The translations under genes were made by a program, and so were the position numbers. A stretch of DNA of 52,523 bases from Acholeplasmataceae bacterium (lineage in GTDB: Bacteria; Bacillota_I; Bacilli_A; Acholeplasmatales; UBA5453), in NCBI GenBank assembly GCA_028685975.1, contig JAQUCY010000001.1, forward strand, positions 1-52,523. Direction: 5' to 3'. The notes below the pieces were generated by a model. It was given only the letters and a program-made list of their open reading frames with translations. It ran no database searches and was not told where the DNA came from. Of this stretch, positions 35,045-44,776 are shown piece by piece; within the stretch, counting starts at the first letter, position 1, and each line of letters starts with the position of its first letter.

Positions 35045-37120
35045 TCACTCCTCTATAAAGATATAAGCACCTGGTTTATTCGCAAGATACTCAAATCCAT
35101 TGTTATATTTCTTAACCCCATTAAATATTAATTTAAACTGTTTACCTGGGGTTAATAATTCGTTCTCATAGTCATTTTTAAAGTAAATGCTAATGTGTTG
35201 GTTTAAGTTATTTAATACAAATTGTATCGTCTTATTTTGTGGGGCTTCATCAGAAATTCGAATTTGTTTTTTAATTTTAGAGTTACTATCTAATCTAAAT
35301 ACCCGGTACGTTTTTCGAATGTCAATAAGATCTCTTAAAGTTTGGACTAAATCTGCGTGTTTATCTTTTAAATCCCAGTTAATTTCATTAATTGAGTCTG
35401 GTGATTTATAAGAATTTTCGATTCCCTGTTTGGATCTTAAAAATTCCTCACCGGCATGAATGAAAGGAATCCCCTGACTTAAAACAACATAGGCTAATGA
35501 TAAAGCCGCATAATCTTTAATTTGTTCATCATTTAAATCTTTTCTTAAAATTCGAGCCCGATCATAAAATGTATGATTATCATGACACTCAACATAATTT
35601 AACGATTGGTTTGGATTAATGAACTTATAAAAATCAACACTACTTCCCGTGAATAAGTAATATAAGTCGCTTCTGTTAACTTTAGCCCCTAGAGCATAAC
35701 CGATAGTATTAGAAAATGTTCCGCCTTTAATGGTATCTCTAAATTTATCATTAAAGAAGGCAATATTAGGCATATATTTCGCATTATCCATATGACTTTT
35801 TAGCTTTTCTGGTAAATAAGATTCCATATTCCAGCCTTCACCATAAATCATCACTTCTGGATCTATCTGTTTGGCTTCTATTTCAATTTTTGTCATCGTT
35901 TCAAGGTCTAGTAACCCCATTAAATCAAATCGAAATCCGCTTATATTAAACGTTCGCATCCAATATTTAATCGATTGGATAATGAAATGATGAACCATTG
36001 TTCTTTCACTAGCAACATCATTTCCACAGCCACTCGAATCTGTTCTTATTCCGTTTTTATCAAATCTGAAAAAATAACCTGGTACTAACGACTCAAAAGG
36101 AAATGTATTCATGTTGAAGACATGGTTATAAACCACATCCATGTTTACTCTTAAGCCTTTCGAATGGGCTAAATCAATTAGTTCAATTAATTCATTAATT
36201 CTTTGGTATGGATCATTGGGATTACTGGTAAATGAACCTTCCACCACATTAAATTGGCTGGGGTTATACCCCCAATTATAAGATTCCTTAGGGTTAAGTT
36301 CATCAACACCTTCAAAATCAAAAATTGGCAACAATTGTAGGTGTGTTACCCCTAAGCTTTGAATATAATCTAAACCTTGTCCTTTGATATCTTCCGTTAA
36401 ACCTTTAAACATTCCTTTATTAATTGATTTTGAAGTGTTAGAACTGGTTAAATCACGAATACTAGCCTCATAAATGATAGAGTCCACTTTTTTACCAGAG
36501 AATTCTGGTTTTGGATGTTGGAATTTTCTAAATTTGGCAGGATTAACCACATAATTATATTGACCGTTAGCGGTAGAGGCTATCCCATAAGGATCTCTAA
36601 TCGTTTTAAAACGTTCATTGACTCTAACACGATAGCGATATTTACACCCATCTAGATTATCTTTAACCGTGAGTTGCCAAAGTCCAGAAGTTTCATACAA
36701 AAGGTCCATAAATTGTCTAGAACCATTCGTTCTAATTAGTTCAAGTTCAATTTCTTTTGCGACAGGGCTCCAAATTTTAAAGATAGTTTCTTCTTCCTTG
36801 TAGGTGACCCCCAAATCGAGATCATCATACTCAAACATCATGTCAAACAAATCTGTTCTAACTATCTTACCCATTCTTAAAAATGATTGGTTATCATCTT
36901 CATCTTTGAGGATATAAGCTCGATTAAGTTCAATCGTTTCATTAAACTCACATATATATTTAGTCTCTCTACCAAGAGAAACAACTTCTTTTATAATCAA
37001 AGGAATCGATTCATTTTCCGCATCCAACTGAAAAGTTTTATTTGGTTTATCAATTTGTTTTGGAACAATCACGCTGATTAAATTAAAGCCGTCAAGGTAG
37101 GAAAAAAAATCATTTTTCAT
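35045..37120 (-). CDS. amyX: Cytoplasmic type I pullulanase / debranching enzyme (CBM48-GH13), no signal peptide
   Basis: Motifs FKIWSPVAKEIELEL, VTHLQLLPIFDF, YNWGYNP, DVVYNHV, GFRFDLM, YGEGW and YVECHDN. It is a paralogue of the 25721-28588 catalytic core. Confidence 0.9.
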   Translation of the reverse strand: MKNDFFSYLDGFNLISVIVPKQIDKPNKTFQLDAENESIPLIIKEVVSLGRETKYICEFNETIELNRAYILKDEDDNQSFLRMGKIVRTDLFDMMFEYDDLDLGVTYKEEETIFKIWSPVAKEIELELIRTNGSRQFMDLLYETSGLWQLTVKDNLDGCKYRYRVRVNERFKTIRDPYGIASTANGQYNYVVNPAKFRKFQHPKPEFSGKKVDSIIYEASIRDLTSSNTSKSINKGMFKGLTEDIKGQGLDYIQSLGVTHLQLLPIFDFEGVDELNPKESYNWGYNPSQFNVVEGSFTSNPNDPYQRINELIELIDLAHSKGLRVNMDVVYNHVFNMNTFPFESLVPGYFFRFDKNGIRTDSSGCGNDVASERTMVHHFIIQSIKYWMRTFNISGFRFDLMGLLDLETMTKIEIEAKQIDPEVMIYGEGWNMESYLPEKLKSHMDNAKYMPNIAFFNDKFRDTIKGGTFSNTIGYALGAKVNRSDLYYLFTGSSVDFYKFINPNQSLNYVECHDNHTFYDRARILRKDLNDEQIKDYAALSLAYVVLSQGIPFIHAGEEFLRSKQGIENSYKSPDSINEINWDLKDKHADLVQTLRDLIDIRKTYRVFRLDSNSKIKKQIRISDEAPQNKTIQFVLNNLNQHISIYFKNDYENELLTPGKQFKLIFNGVKKYNNGFEYLANKPGAYIFIEE

Positions 37121-38264
37121 TTAAGATACCTCGACAATAATTCATTAAATCTTCATAATTGTTAACCAATTCTTTTTTAAGAACTTTTGTAACAAGTTCA
37201 TCTAATAACTTAGACAGCCATGCACCTTGTTTCTTTTCTGTTAATGTCAGTATATCAGACCCTTTAACTTTTAAATCCGTTACACTATTGATAGGTAAAT
37301 CTTCAAATAATGTTTTAATTTGATTCTTTTGGTTCTTTTGTTTACCAAAAATAAACAATATTTTATTTGCTAGAAGTGATATTTCTAACCCGTAATTATA
37401 TAGTACCAAAGCATCAACTTCTTGATTCTTTAAAACCAATTCAACAGATTTTTGATATTTGTTTCTATGTACATTTGAAAACTTCCAATCATTTGGGACA
37501 TTGCCATGTAAACTAAAACATAAGACAAAGAAACTGTCGATAAAGATTCTATCTTTTAAATTTTCGTTGATAAAGTTAATCCCTTTTTCTAAGCCTGGTA
37601 AATACTTTGATAAACCAGTCGTTTCTAGCGTTTTAAGCCCCATTAATTGGTAATCACCCGATAAAATTTTCAATGTTTCATTCAATACTCTTTCATTTGG
37701 TAAATGCGTGATTAAATGTGCACTTTCTTTCATAGCATCTCTAGTATCTTTATCAATTTGAAAGCCTAATTTAGTTTGAAAATAAACCGCTCTTAATAAT
37801 CTTAGGGCATCTTCATTGAAGCGTTCAACTGGATTACCAATCGCTCTAATAATATGATTTTGGAGATCTTCTTGGCCACCAACATAATCAATAATTTCAT
37901 AGTTTTCATCCATTAATAAACCATTGATGGTAAAGTCTCTTCTTTTGACATCTTCTTCTTTTGAATCTGTTAGAGTTACCTCAGTTGGTTTTCTAAAATC
38001 TTCATAGGTTCCGTCTACTCGGTAAGTAGTTACTTCTATATTTACTTTTTCATGAAGCACCGTTATTGTGCCATATTTTAATCCAGTTGGCTCACTTTTA
38101 AATAGTTTAAGAACTTCAAAAGGTTTAGCTGAAGTTGTTATATCGATGTCACGTATTTCTAATCCTAAAAGGTGATCACGTACACAACCACCGACATAAT
38201 AGGCTTCATGACCATTTGATTTTAATTTTTCTATTACAAAGCGTCCATTTCTAATTGTTTCCAT
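37110..38264 (-). CDS. cca: CCA-adding tRNA nucleotidyltransferase
   Basis: Motifs YYVGGCVRDHLLG..IRDIDITT and RRDFTING. The track start is a GTG at 38273; ATG 38264 has SD AAGGTGA 5 nt upstream. Confidence 0.9.
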   Translation of the reverse strand: METIRNGRFVIEKLKSNGHEAYYVGGCVRDHLLGLEIRDIDITTSAKPFEVLKLFKSEPTGLKYGTITVLHEKVNIEVTTYRVDGTYEDFRKPTEVTLTDSKEEDVKRRDFTINGLLMDENYEIIDYVGGQEDLQNHIIRAIGNPVERFNEDALRLLRAVYFQTKLGFQIDKDTRDAMKESAHLITHLPNERVLNETLKILSGDYQLMGLKTLETTGLSKYLPGLEKGINFINENLKDRIFIDSFFVLCFSLHGNVPNDWKFSNVHRNKYQKSVELVLKNQEVDALVLYNYGLEISLLANKILFIFGKQKNQKNQIKTLFEDLPINSVTDLKVKGSDILTLTEKKQGAWLSKLLDELVTKVLKKELVNNYEDLMNYCRGILNEK

Positions 38265-38281
38265 TAATATCACCTTTTAAT

Positions 38282-38290
38282 ATTATACCA
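38282..38290 (-). promoter_or_regulatory. Extended -10 promoter candidate for cca
   Basis: The minus strand reads TGGTATAAT, 17 nt upstream of ATG 38264. Confidence 0.45.
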
Positions 38291-38341
38291 TAATATACGC
38301 TATGAAATATGATTTTTAAGATGTTGTTTTCTCTAAAAATT

Positions 38342-38380
38342 AAAAAAATAAAAGACCCCATTTATTTATTCAGGGTCTTT
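38342..38380 (-). terminator. Terminator-like hairpin on the minus strand upstream of cca, on the far side of yigZ
   Basis: The minus strand reads AAAGACCC-(14-nt loop)-GGGTCTTT followed by TATTTTTTT. No minus-strand gene ends here. Confidence 0.35.
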
Positions 38381-38407
38381 GTGTGTTACAATAATTTTGG
38401 TGAGACC

Positions 38408-39031
38408 ATGAAATATATACTTGATAAGATTGAAAATGAAATCATTATTGATAAATCTCGTTTTATTACAAATTTAATCCCTATCACAAGTTTAGATGAA
38501 GCTAATGAAACATTATCTCAAATTAGAAAAGCACATTATAATGCCACTCATAATTGTTATGCTTATATATTGGAAAATCAAATGATTCAAAAGATGAGCG
38601 ATGATGGAGAGCCTTCTAGAACTGCAGGAATGCCGATTTTAGAAGCTTTAAAAGCTAATGAATTAGATAATGTTCTATGTGTTGTAACAAGATACTTTGG
38701 AGGCGTTAAACTAGGTAAAGGTGGACTTATTAGAGCTTATAAAAATAGCACCCTTGAAGCCATTAAAAAAGCTTCGGTATATACCAAAGCTTTAAAAGTT
38801 GTTTATCAAATTCAAACTGATTATTCCTTATATGAACCACTTCAATATTATCTAAAAGATAAATCTCAAATTCTATCTACCAATTATGGTGAACATGTTT
38901 TAATAGAATTATATTTTACTGATTTAACGCTAGAGGCATTAATTAATCAGTTCAATGATAAATTAATTATCAATAAAGTGGGAGAAATAATTGTTAAAGA
39001 ACCCCTTGAAACATTAGAAATATCTCTTTAA
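38408..39031 (+). CDS. yigZ: IMPACT/YigZ family (UPF0029) protein
   Basis: The start is trimmed to MKYILDKIENEIIIDKSRFI. Motifs NATHNCYAY and DDGEPSRTAGMPIL. 207 aa. Confidence 0.85.
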   Translation: MKYILDKIENEIIIDKSRFITNLIPITSLDEANETLSQIRKAHYNATHNCYAYILENQMIQKMSDDGEPSRTAGMPILEALKANELDNVLCVVTRYFGGVKLGKGGLIRAYKNSTLEAIKKASVYTKALKVVYQIQTDYSLYEPLQYYLKDKSQILSTNYGEHVLIELYFTDLTLEALINQFNDKLIINKVGEIIVKEPLETLEISL

Positions 39032-39200
39032 AGATAGCGCCTATAACATGACCACCTAGTAATGATAAGATAGTGTAAGCACTTCTTATTTGCCAAATCT
39101 GATTTTGTTTAAAAAACTTATCAAGTTGTGACGCTCTCAAGGTTTGAAAAGTCCACATAAACCCAATCAATAGACCCCCAAAATAAAAGTAGGAAGCCAT
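38994..39200 (-). CDS. Small two-TM membrane protein, DUF1146 (YwzB)-like
   Basis: 68 aa. The pattern W.F..L...QLDKFFKQNQIWQIRSAYTILSLLGGHVIGAIF resembles B. subtilis YwzB as I recall it. TAATG coupling to upp. Confidence 0.55.
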   Translation of the reverse strand: MASYFYFGGLLIGFMWTFQTLRASQLDKFFKQNQIWQIRSAYTILSLLGGHVIGAIFKEIFLMFQGVL

Positions 39201-39826
39201 TATTTAGTTCCAAAAAGTCTGTCCCCTGCGTCACCTAAACCAGGGACAATATAACTGTTCTTATCAAGTTTTTCATCTAAAGCAGCTAAATAGATATCAA
39301 CATCTGGGTGTGCTTGTTGGAGCTTATGTACCCCCTCAGGACATCCTACAATTCCTACAAACCGAATATCAGTAACACCGCGTTTCTTAAGCATTGTAAT
39401 AGATGCGTCTGCCGAACCACCTGTTGCTAACATGGGATCAACGAGTAAAACCGTTGATTCTTTTATATCTTTAGGAAATTTTGCAAAATACTCATGTGGT
39501 TGAAATGTTTCTTCATCACGATATACCCCTATATGGCCAATCTTAGCCTGAGGAATAATACTATGAATTCCATTAACCATGCCTAACCCAGCTCTTAGTA
39601 TTGGGACAATAACTACTGGTTTTTCAAGCATACGGCAGGTTGTTTTAGCCATTGGGGTTTCAACCTCAACTTCAACTGTCTTAAAATCTCTTGAAATTTC
39701 ATAAGTTATTAACATACCAATTTCACTGACTGTTTCTCGGAAATCTTTTGACCCCGTGTTTTTATCTCGGATAAGTGCTAACTTATGATCAATCAACGGG
39801 TGTTTTAAAATCGTTACTTTACTCAT
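39200..39826 (-). CDS. upp: Uracil phosphoribosyltransferase
   Basis: [16 protein letters not shown]... and the PRPP loop [15 protein letters not shown] 39826 overlaps the rpiB TGA (TGATG). The track start is a GTG one codon earlier. Confidence 0.95.
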   Translation of the reverse strand: MSKVTILKHPLIDHKLALIRDKNTGSKDFRETVSEIGMLITYEISRDFKTVEVEVETPMAKTTCRMLEKPVVIVPILRAGLGMVNGIHSIIPQAKIGHIGVYRDEETFQPHEYFAKFPKDIKESTVLLVDPMLATGGSADASITMLKKRGVTDIRFVGIVGCPEGVHKLQQAHPDVDIYLAALDEKLDKNSYIVPGLGDAGDRLFGTK

Positions 39827-40260
39827 CACTTTACCTCATAATTATTTAATTTGTTTATTCTATTTTGATGTCTTATTTCAAAATCTGTATTTTTAAATAG
39901 ATTAATATAACGAATCGCATCATCCAGTTTCGTAGTTCTTCCGCCTAAAGCAATAATATTAGCATTATTATGTTGACGTGCTAAAACGGCTGTATTTTCA
40001 TCATAAACAAGCGCCGCTCTTGCCCCAGACACTTTATTTGCAGCAATAGATATACCTATCCCTGTTCCACAAATAGCAATACCAAATTCATAGTCACCTG
40101 ACTGAATCGCTTTACCTATTTTAAATCCATAATCTGGGTAATCAACAGATTCTAAACTATGTGTTCCTAAGTCTTCATAGGCAACATTATTTTTATCAAA
40201 ATAAGCTTTCAAACCTTCTTTTAATTCATAACCTGCATGATCGGATGTTATTACTATCAT
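39826..40260 (-). CDS. rpiB: Ribose-5-phosphate isomerase B
   Basis: [14 protein letters not shown] and [17 protein letters not shown] 40260 has SD GAAGGAAGTGA. The track ATG at 40290 lies inside the predicted -10 box. The stop is TGA. Confidence 0.92.
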   Translation of the reverse strand: MIVITSDHAGYELKEGLKAYFDKNNVAYEDLGTHSLESVDYPDYGFKIGKAIQSGDYEFGIAICGTGIGISIAANKVSGARAALVYDENTAVLARQHNNANIIALGGRTTKLDDAIRYINLFKNTDFEIRHQNRINKLNNYEVK

Positions 40261-40280
40261 AGTCTCACTTCCTTCTATAA

Positions 40281-40289
40281 AGTATACCA
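40281..40289 (-). promoter_or_regulatory. Extended -10 promoter candidate for rpiB-upp
   Basis: The minus strand reads TGGTATACT. Confidence 0.4.
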
Positions 40290-40334
40290 TAATTTAAGTC
40301 ACTATAATGTAAAAAAAAGATAGAAAATCCTTAA

Positions 40335-42143
40335 TTAGGATTTTTTATCATATTTTTTTCTTTCATTAGTTTGTAAAATACGTTTTCTCAAACGAATAGA
40401 TTTTGGGGTTATTTCAATGAGTTCATCTTCATTAATAAACGCCATACAAGCTTCTAATCCCATTTCTCGTGGTCTTCTTAAAACAACAGTAGAATCTTTA
40501 GAACTACTTCTCATATTAGTAAGTTGTTTACCTTGAACTATATTAACAGCTAAATCCACTTCTTTTGAGGCTTCACCGACAATCATACCTTCATAAACTT
40601 GAGTTCTTGGCTCTACGAATAGTACCCCTCTACTTTCAAGTTTACCAATTGCATAAGCTGTTGTTAAACCCTCACTAATAGATACTAAAGCACCGGTTGT
40701 TCTTTCAACAGGAGCCGTATCTGTAACAGGTCTATAATCTAAAAATGTATGAGACAAGACACCGTAACCTTGAGTTTGGGTTAAAAATTGAGTCAATAAA
40801 CCAATAATTCCTCTTGAAGGCATATGATAGATAAGTCTTGCTTGGTTCAGATGTGGATTCATTTCAATTAAAATTCCTTTTCTTGAACCAAATAGTTCAA
40901 TAACGTTTCCCACAACCTCATTTGGACAATCTACAGTGACGTATTCATAAGGTTCTAAAAGTTGATCTTTAACTGTTTTAAAGATAACTTCTGGTCTAGA
41001 GATAGTAAATTCAAAACCTTCTCTTCGCATTGTTTCAACTAAGATAGATAAATGAAGTTCACCTCTACCAGATACAATCCACGATTCACTTTCAGTTGAT
41101 CTACTAACCAACAATGAGACATCTTTTTGAGTTTCCTTATAAAGTCTTTCTTCAATTTTTGAAGCGGTAACCAACTTACCTTCTTGTCCAACTAATGGTG
41201 AAGAATTGGTCGAAAATGTCATTTGAACAGTTGGTTTCTCAATATGTAGTTTTTCAAGTGGTTCTTCAAATCCAACTTCACAAATTGTTTCACCAATGTT
41301 GATATCACTTAATCCTGCGATTGCGACAATATCTCCCGCATAAGCTTCTTTAACTTCTATTCTATCTAAACCCATGAAACCAAATAATTTTTGAATTCTA
41401 AATTGTTCGATTTTTCCATCTAATCGAATTACTGAGACTGTTTGGTTTTGAGAAACTTTTCCTCTTGCAATCTTGCCAATTCCAATTCTGCCTACGTATT
41501 CATTGTAATCAAACAAAGCTGGTTGAAACTGAAATTTTCCATTTGGATCACCATCAGGACGTTTGACATGCTTAATAATGGTATCCAATAAAGGTACCAT
41601 GTTAGTAGTTTTAGATAAATCTGCGGTATAAGATGCTTTACCTTGAATGCCTGAAGCATACAAAATTGGAAAATCTAACTGATCTTCGGTTGCCCCTAAG
41701 TCCATAAATAGTTCATAAACTTCATCAAGTACTTCTTTTGGTCTTGAGAATGTTCTATCAATCTTATTAATGACTACAATCGGTTTTAAACCTTCTTGCA
41801 GTGCTTTGTTTAAAACAAATTTAGTTTGAGGCATTACACCTTCAAACGCATCAACGACTAAACACACCGCATCTACCATTTTCATAATTCTTTCAACTTC
41901 GCCACCAAAGTCAGCGTGACCTGGAGTATCTAAGATATTAATCTTAACGTTTTTATATTCAATGGCTGTATTTTTAGCAAGAATCGTTATACCACGTTCT
42001 CTTTCTAAATCACCCGAATCCATTGCTCTTTCAACAATCACTTCATGGGCATCTTTTTTTTCTGATTCTTTTAATAATTCGTCAACCAAAGTGGTTTTGC
42101 CGTGGTCAACGTGTGCGACTATCGCAACATTTCTAATTTCCAT
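40335..42143 (-). CDS. typA: Translational GTPase TypA/BipA
   Basis: Motifs AHVDHGKTTLVD, DTPGHADFGGE and NKID. 602 aa. Confidence 0.95.
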   Translation of the reverse strand: MEIRNVAIVAHVDHGKTTLVDELLKESEKKDAHEVIVERAMDSGDLERERGITILAKNTAIEYKNVKINILDTPGHADFGGEVERIMKMVDAVCLVVDAFEGVMPQTKFVLNKALQEGLKPIVVINKIDRTFSRPKEVLDEVYELFMDLGATEDQLDFPILYASGIQGKASYTADLSKTTNMVPLLDTIIKHVKRPDGDPNGKFQFQPALFDYNEYVGRIGIGKIARGKVSQNQTVSVIRLDGKIEQFRIQKLFGFMGLDRIEVKEAYAGDIVAIAGLSDINIGETICEVGFEEPLEKLHIEKPTVQMTFSTNSSPLVGQEGKLVTASKIEERLYKETQKDVSLLVSRSTESESWIVSGRGELHLSILVETMRREGFEFTISRPEVIFKTVKDQLLEPYEYVTVDCPNEVVGNVIELFGSRKGILIEMNPHLNQARLIYHMPSRGIIGLLTQFLTQTQGYGVLSHTFLDYRPVTDTAPVERTTGALVSISEGLTTAYAIGKLESRGVLFVEPRTQVYEGMIVGEASKEVDLAVNIVQGKQLTNMRSSSKDSTVVLRRPREMGLEACMAFINEDELIEITPKSIRLRKRILQTNERKKYDKKS

Positions 42144-42168
42144 ATATTCACTTCCTAAAAACCGTTCT

Positions 42169-42177
42169 ATTATAACA
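42169..42177 (-). promoter_or_regulatory. Extended -10 promoter candidate for typA
   Basis: The minus strand reads TGTTATAAT, with SD AGGAAGTGA. Confidence 0.4.
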
Positions 42178-42215
42178 CATAATTATTAATGTTAATATTT
42201 TTTTATCTTAAATCA

Positions 42216-42240
42216 AGAAAAAAACACACAGAGGTGTGTT
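42216..42240 (-). terminator. Terminator of the prfA-prmC-tsaC unit, abutting the tsaC stop codon
   Basis: The minus strand reads AACACAC-CTCT-GTGTGTT followed by T7. Confidence 0.65.
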
Positions 42241-42842
42241 TATATCTCTTCAATGTCCTTTTCTAAGACAGCTTCTATATCTTCTTTTGATATCGAGCCT
42301 ATCCTAAGATACTCTATTTTATCATTTGTTAAATCTATGGTTGTCGAAGATACATTTAAATAGTAAGCGTTATATTCCTCGTAAATATAATCTACCTCAT
42401 CTCCAAATACCTTAATAATCTCTTTTAAATCCATCATCGGTGCTGAACCACTCTTATTAACTGATGTTGTTAGAAGCGGTCCATTCTTCTTAATTAACCA
42501 TAATGCAGAATCATGATTTGGAATTCTGATCCCTATCGTTTTATCACCAGTTTTTTCAAAATGTGCCTTGGTCGAATTCAAAATCAACGTTAATGCACCT
42601 GGCCAGAAAGCATAAGCTAGTTTACGTGCTCTTTCATCGATAACTGCAATATCATTAACTGATACTAGGTTATCGCATAATACTGCCAAGTGTTTCGTTG
42701 CGGACCTTTCTTTTAATGTATAAATACGCTCTATTGCAGCATTATCATATAAACGGCACGCCAAACCCCAAACTGTATCTGTTGGAAAAATCACAACTGA
42801 TCCATCCGTTAAAAAGCCTTCTTCGTATCCATATTCAAACAT
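42240..42842 (-). CDS. tsaC: L-threonylcarbamoyladenylate synthase, short YrdC-only (TsaC-type) form
   Basis: Motifs VIFPTDTVWGLAC, LTLIL, IRIPNH and TSVNKSG. It is 200 aa, with no C-terminal Sua5 domain. Confidence 0.88.
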   Translation of the reverse strand: MFEYGYEEGFLTDGSVVIFPTDTVWGLACRLYDNAAIERIYTLKERSATKHLAVLCDNLVSVNDIAVIDERARKLAYAFWPGALTLILNSTKAHFEKTGDKTIGIRIPNHDSALWLIKKNGPLLTTSVNKSGSAPMMDLKEIIKVFGDEVDYIYEEYNAYYLNVSSTTIDLTNDKIEYLRIGSISKEDIEAVLEKDIEEI

Positions 42843-43687
42843 TATAATTCACCTACCTCAATAAATGTAAATCTATCTCTTTTACTTAAATCTTGAAATT
42901 GTGAAACTTTAGCATTTGGATAATACTTTAATGCTAGTTCTGCTAATTCCCTCTTTGTGTTATAAGCATGTTCAAAAGCTATCAAACCATTAGGATTAAT
43001 AAAGTTTTTACTTTCCCTAATAATTCTTTCGTAAAAATCCAATCCTTTATTTCCACCATACAAAGCAACCTCTGGTTCGTGAATTACAGTTGGCCCAATG
43101 GCTTCACCATTTGGTATATACGGTGGATTAGAAACAATGATATCAAATCTCATATTTTTAACAGGTTCAAATAGGTCACCAACCATAAACTTAACATTGG
43201 TTTCTAGTTTTTCATTATTTTTTTGTGCAACCTCTAATGCTTTTTCACTAATATCTGTTGCAACAATGGATGAATTAGATGTTTCTTTAGCCAAAGTTAC
43301 TGCAATACACCCTGACCCTGTACCAATATCTAAAATGTCAAGTTTTTTATCTAAAAACTTTGTGTCAATATAAATAATTAACCGTTCAACCAGTTCCTCA
43401 GTTTCCCATCTTGGAATCAGTACATCTTTATTAACATAAAACTCATGCCCGTAAAAAGCTTGTCTACCTGTTATGTATTGAAGCGGTCGTTTTTCATTAA
43501 TATATGACCCTAATCCTTGATTAAATTGTTCGATTAAATCAACATCGACTTCATGATTTAACCTTAAATACAATTCTTGAACGCTAATATCTGCATAGTG
43601 CATAATCAAAAATTTTGCGACATCTTTTTCTAAATCTGCTTTATCTATATTTCTTTCTGCTTGTTTTAATAAAGCTTTATATGTCAT
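42842..43687 (-). CDS. prmC: Release factor glutamine N5-methyltransferase
   Basis: Motifs DIGTGSGCI and VSNPPYI. Confidence 0.92.
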   Translation of the reverse strand: MTYKALLKQAERNIDKADLEKDVAKFLIMHYADISVQELYLRLNHEVDVDLIEQFNQGLGSYINEKRPLQYITGRQAFYGHEFYVNKDVLIPRWETEELVERLIIYIDTKFLDKKLDILDIGTGSGCIAVTLAKETSNSSIVATDISEKALEVAQKNNEKLETNVKFMVGDLFEPVKNMRFDIIVSNPPYIPNGEAIGPTVIHEPEVALYGGNKGLDFYERIIRESKNFINPNGLIAFEHAYNTKRELAELALKYYPNAKVSQFQDLSKRDRFTFIEVGEL

Positions 43688-44753
43688 AAGCTTCTCCAGC
43701 CTCTAGTTTTCGCTTTTGAACTTCATTTTGTAGAGGTTCTAAAATTAATTCCAGTTTACCCTCCATTATTGCATCTAATCTTTGAACCGTTAGATTTATT
43801 CTGTGGTCAGATACTCTGTTTTGAGGATAATTATACGTTCTTATCTTTTCACTTCTTGAACCTTTTCCTACCATTGACAATCTAGCTTCGCCTTCTTTTT
43901 CAGCTTGTTCTTGAAGATATTGGTCATATATTCTTGTTACAAGTAAACGATAGGCTTTATCTTTGTTTTCGTGTTGACTCTTACCCTCTTGACTGGCAAC
44001 AGCTATTCCAGTCGGAATATGCGTCAATCTTACTGCAGAATAAGTGGTATTAACCGATTGTCCCCCTGGACCACTTGAGTTAAATGTATCAAAACGAATA
44101 TCATTCCATGAAATATTGATTTCAACTTCTTCAGCTTCAGGCATCACAATTACAGTGGCAGTTGACGTATGAATTCTACCTTGAGATTCTGTTTCAGGAA
44201 CTCTTTGTACTCGGTGAACACCTGCTTCATACTTTAACATTGAATAAACATGATCTCCACTTATGAGGAATTCAATCGAGGTAAAGCCGCCCATCGCACC
44301 TTCGGTCGCACTTAAAACTTCAATCTTCCAACCTTGAGTTTCAGCAAATTTAGAATACATCCTAAATAAATCACCGGCAAAAATATTTCCTTCATCTCCA
44401 CCAGCTGCACCTTTAATCTCCACAATAACGTTCTTTTCATCATTAGGATCTTTAGGTAACAATAAAATTTTTAATTCTTCCTCTAACTTTTCCATATCTT
44501 CTTGAAGAGATTCACTTTCCATCTCAGCCATCGATGAAATTTCTTCGTCTTCATCATGTAATAATACTTTCAAATCTTTTAGTTGGCTTTCTTTATCTAT
44601 ATAATCTCTATATTTAATGACGACTTTTTCAAGTCCCTTTTGTTCTTTCATTAATTTTGTCATTTCCTTTACATTAGAAACAACTTTGGGATCCATCAAT
44701 GAATTATTAATTTCTTTATATCTTTTTTCCATTAATTCTAATCTATCAAACAT
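43677..44753 (-). CDS. prfA: Peptide chain release factor 1
   Basis: Motifs SGPGGQSVNTT and RVQRVPETESQGRIHTS. Confidence 0.95.
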   Translation of the reverse strand: MFDRLELMEKRYKEINNSLMDPKVVSNVKEMTKLMKEQKGLEKVVIKYRDYIDKESQLKDLKVLLHDEDEEISSMAEMESESLQEDMEKLEEELKILLLPKDPNDEKNVIVEIKGAAGGDEGNIFAGDLFRMYSKFAETQGWKIEVLSATEGAMGGFTSIEFLISGDHVYSMLKYEAGVHRVQRVPETESQGRIHTSTATVIVMPEAEEVEINISWNDIRFDTFNSSGPGGQSVNTTYSAVRLTHIPTGIAVASQEGKSQHENKDKAYRLLVTRIYDQYLQEQAEKEGEARLSMVGKGSRSEKIRTYNYPQNRVSDHRINLTVQRLDAIMEGKLELILEPLQNEVQKRKLEAGEAYDI

Positions 44754-44776
44754 AATATCTCTCCTAGGACTAAGTT

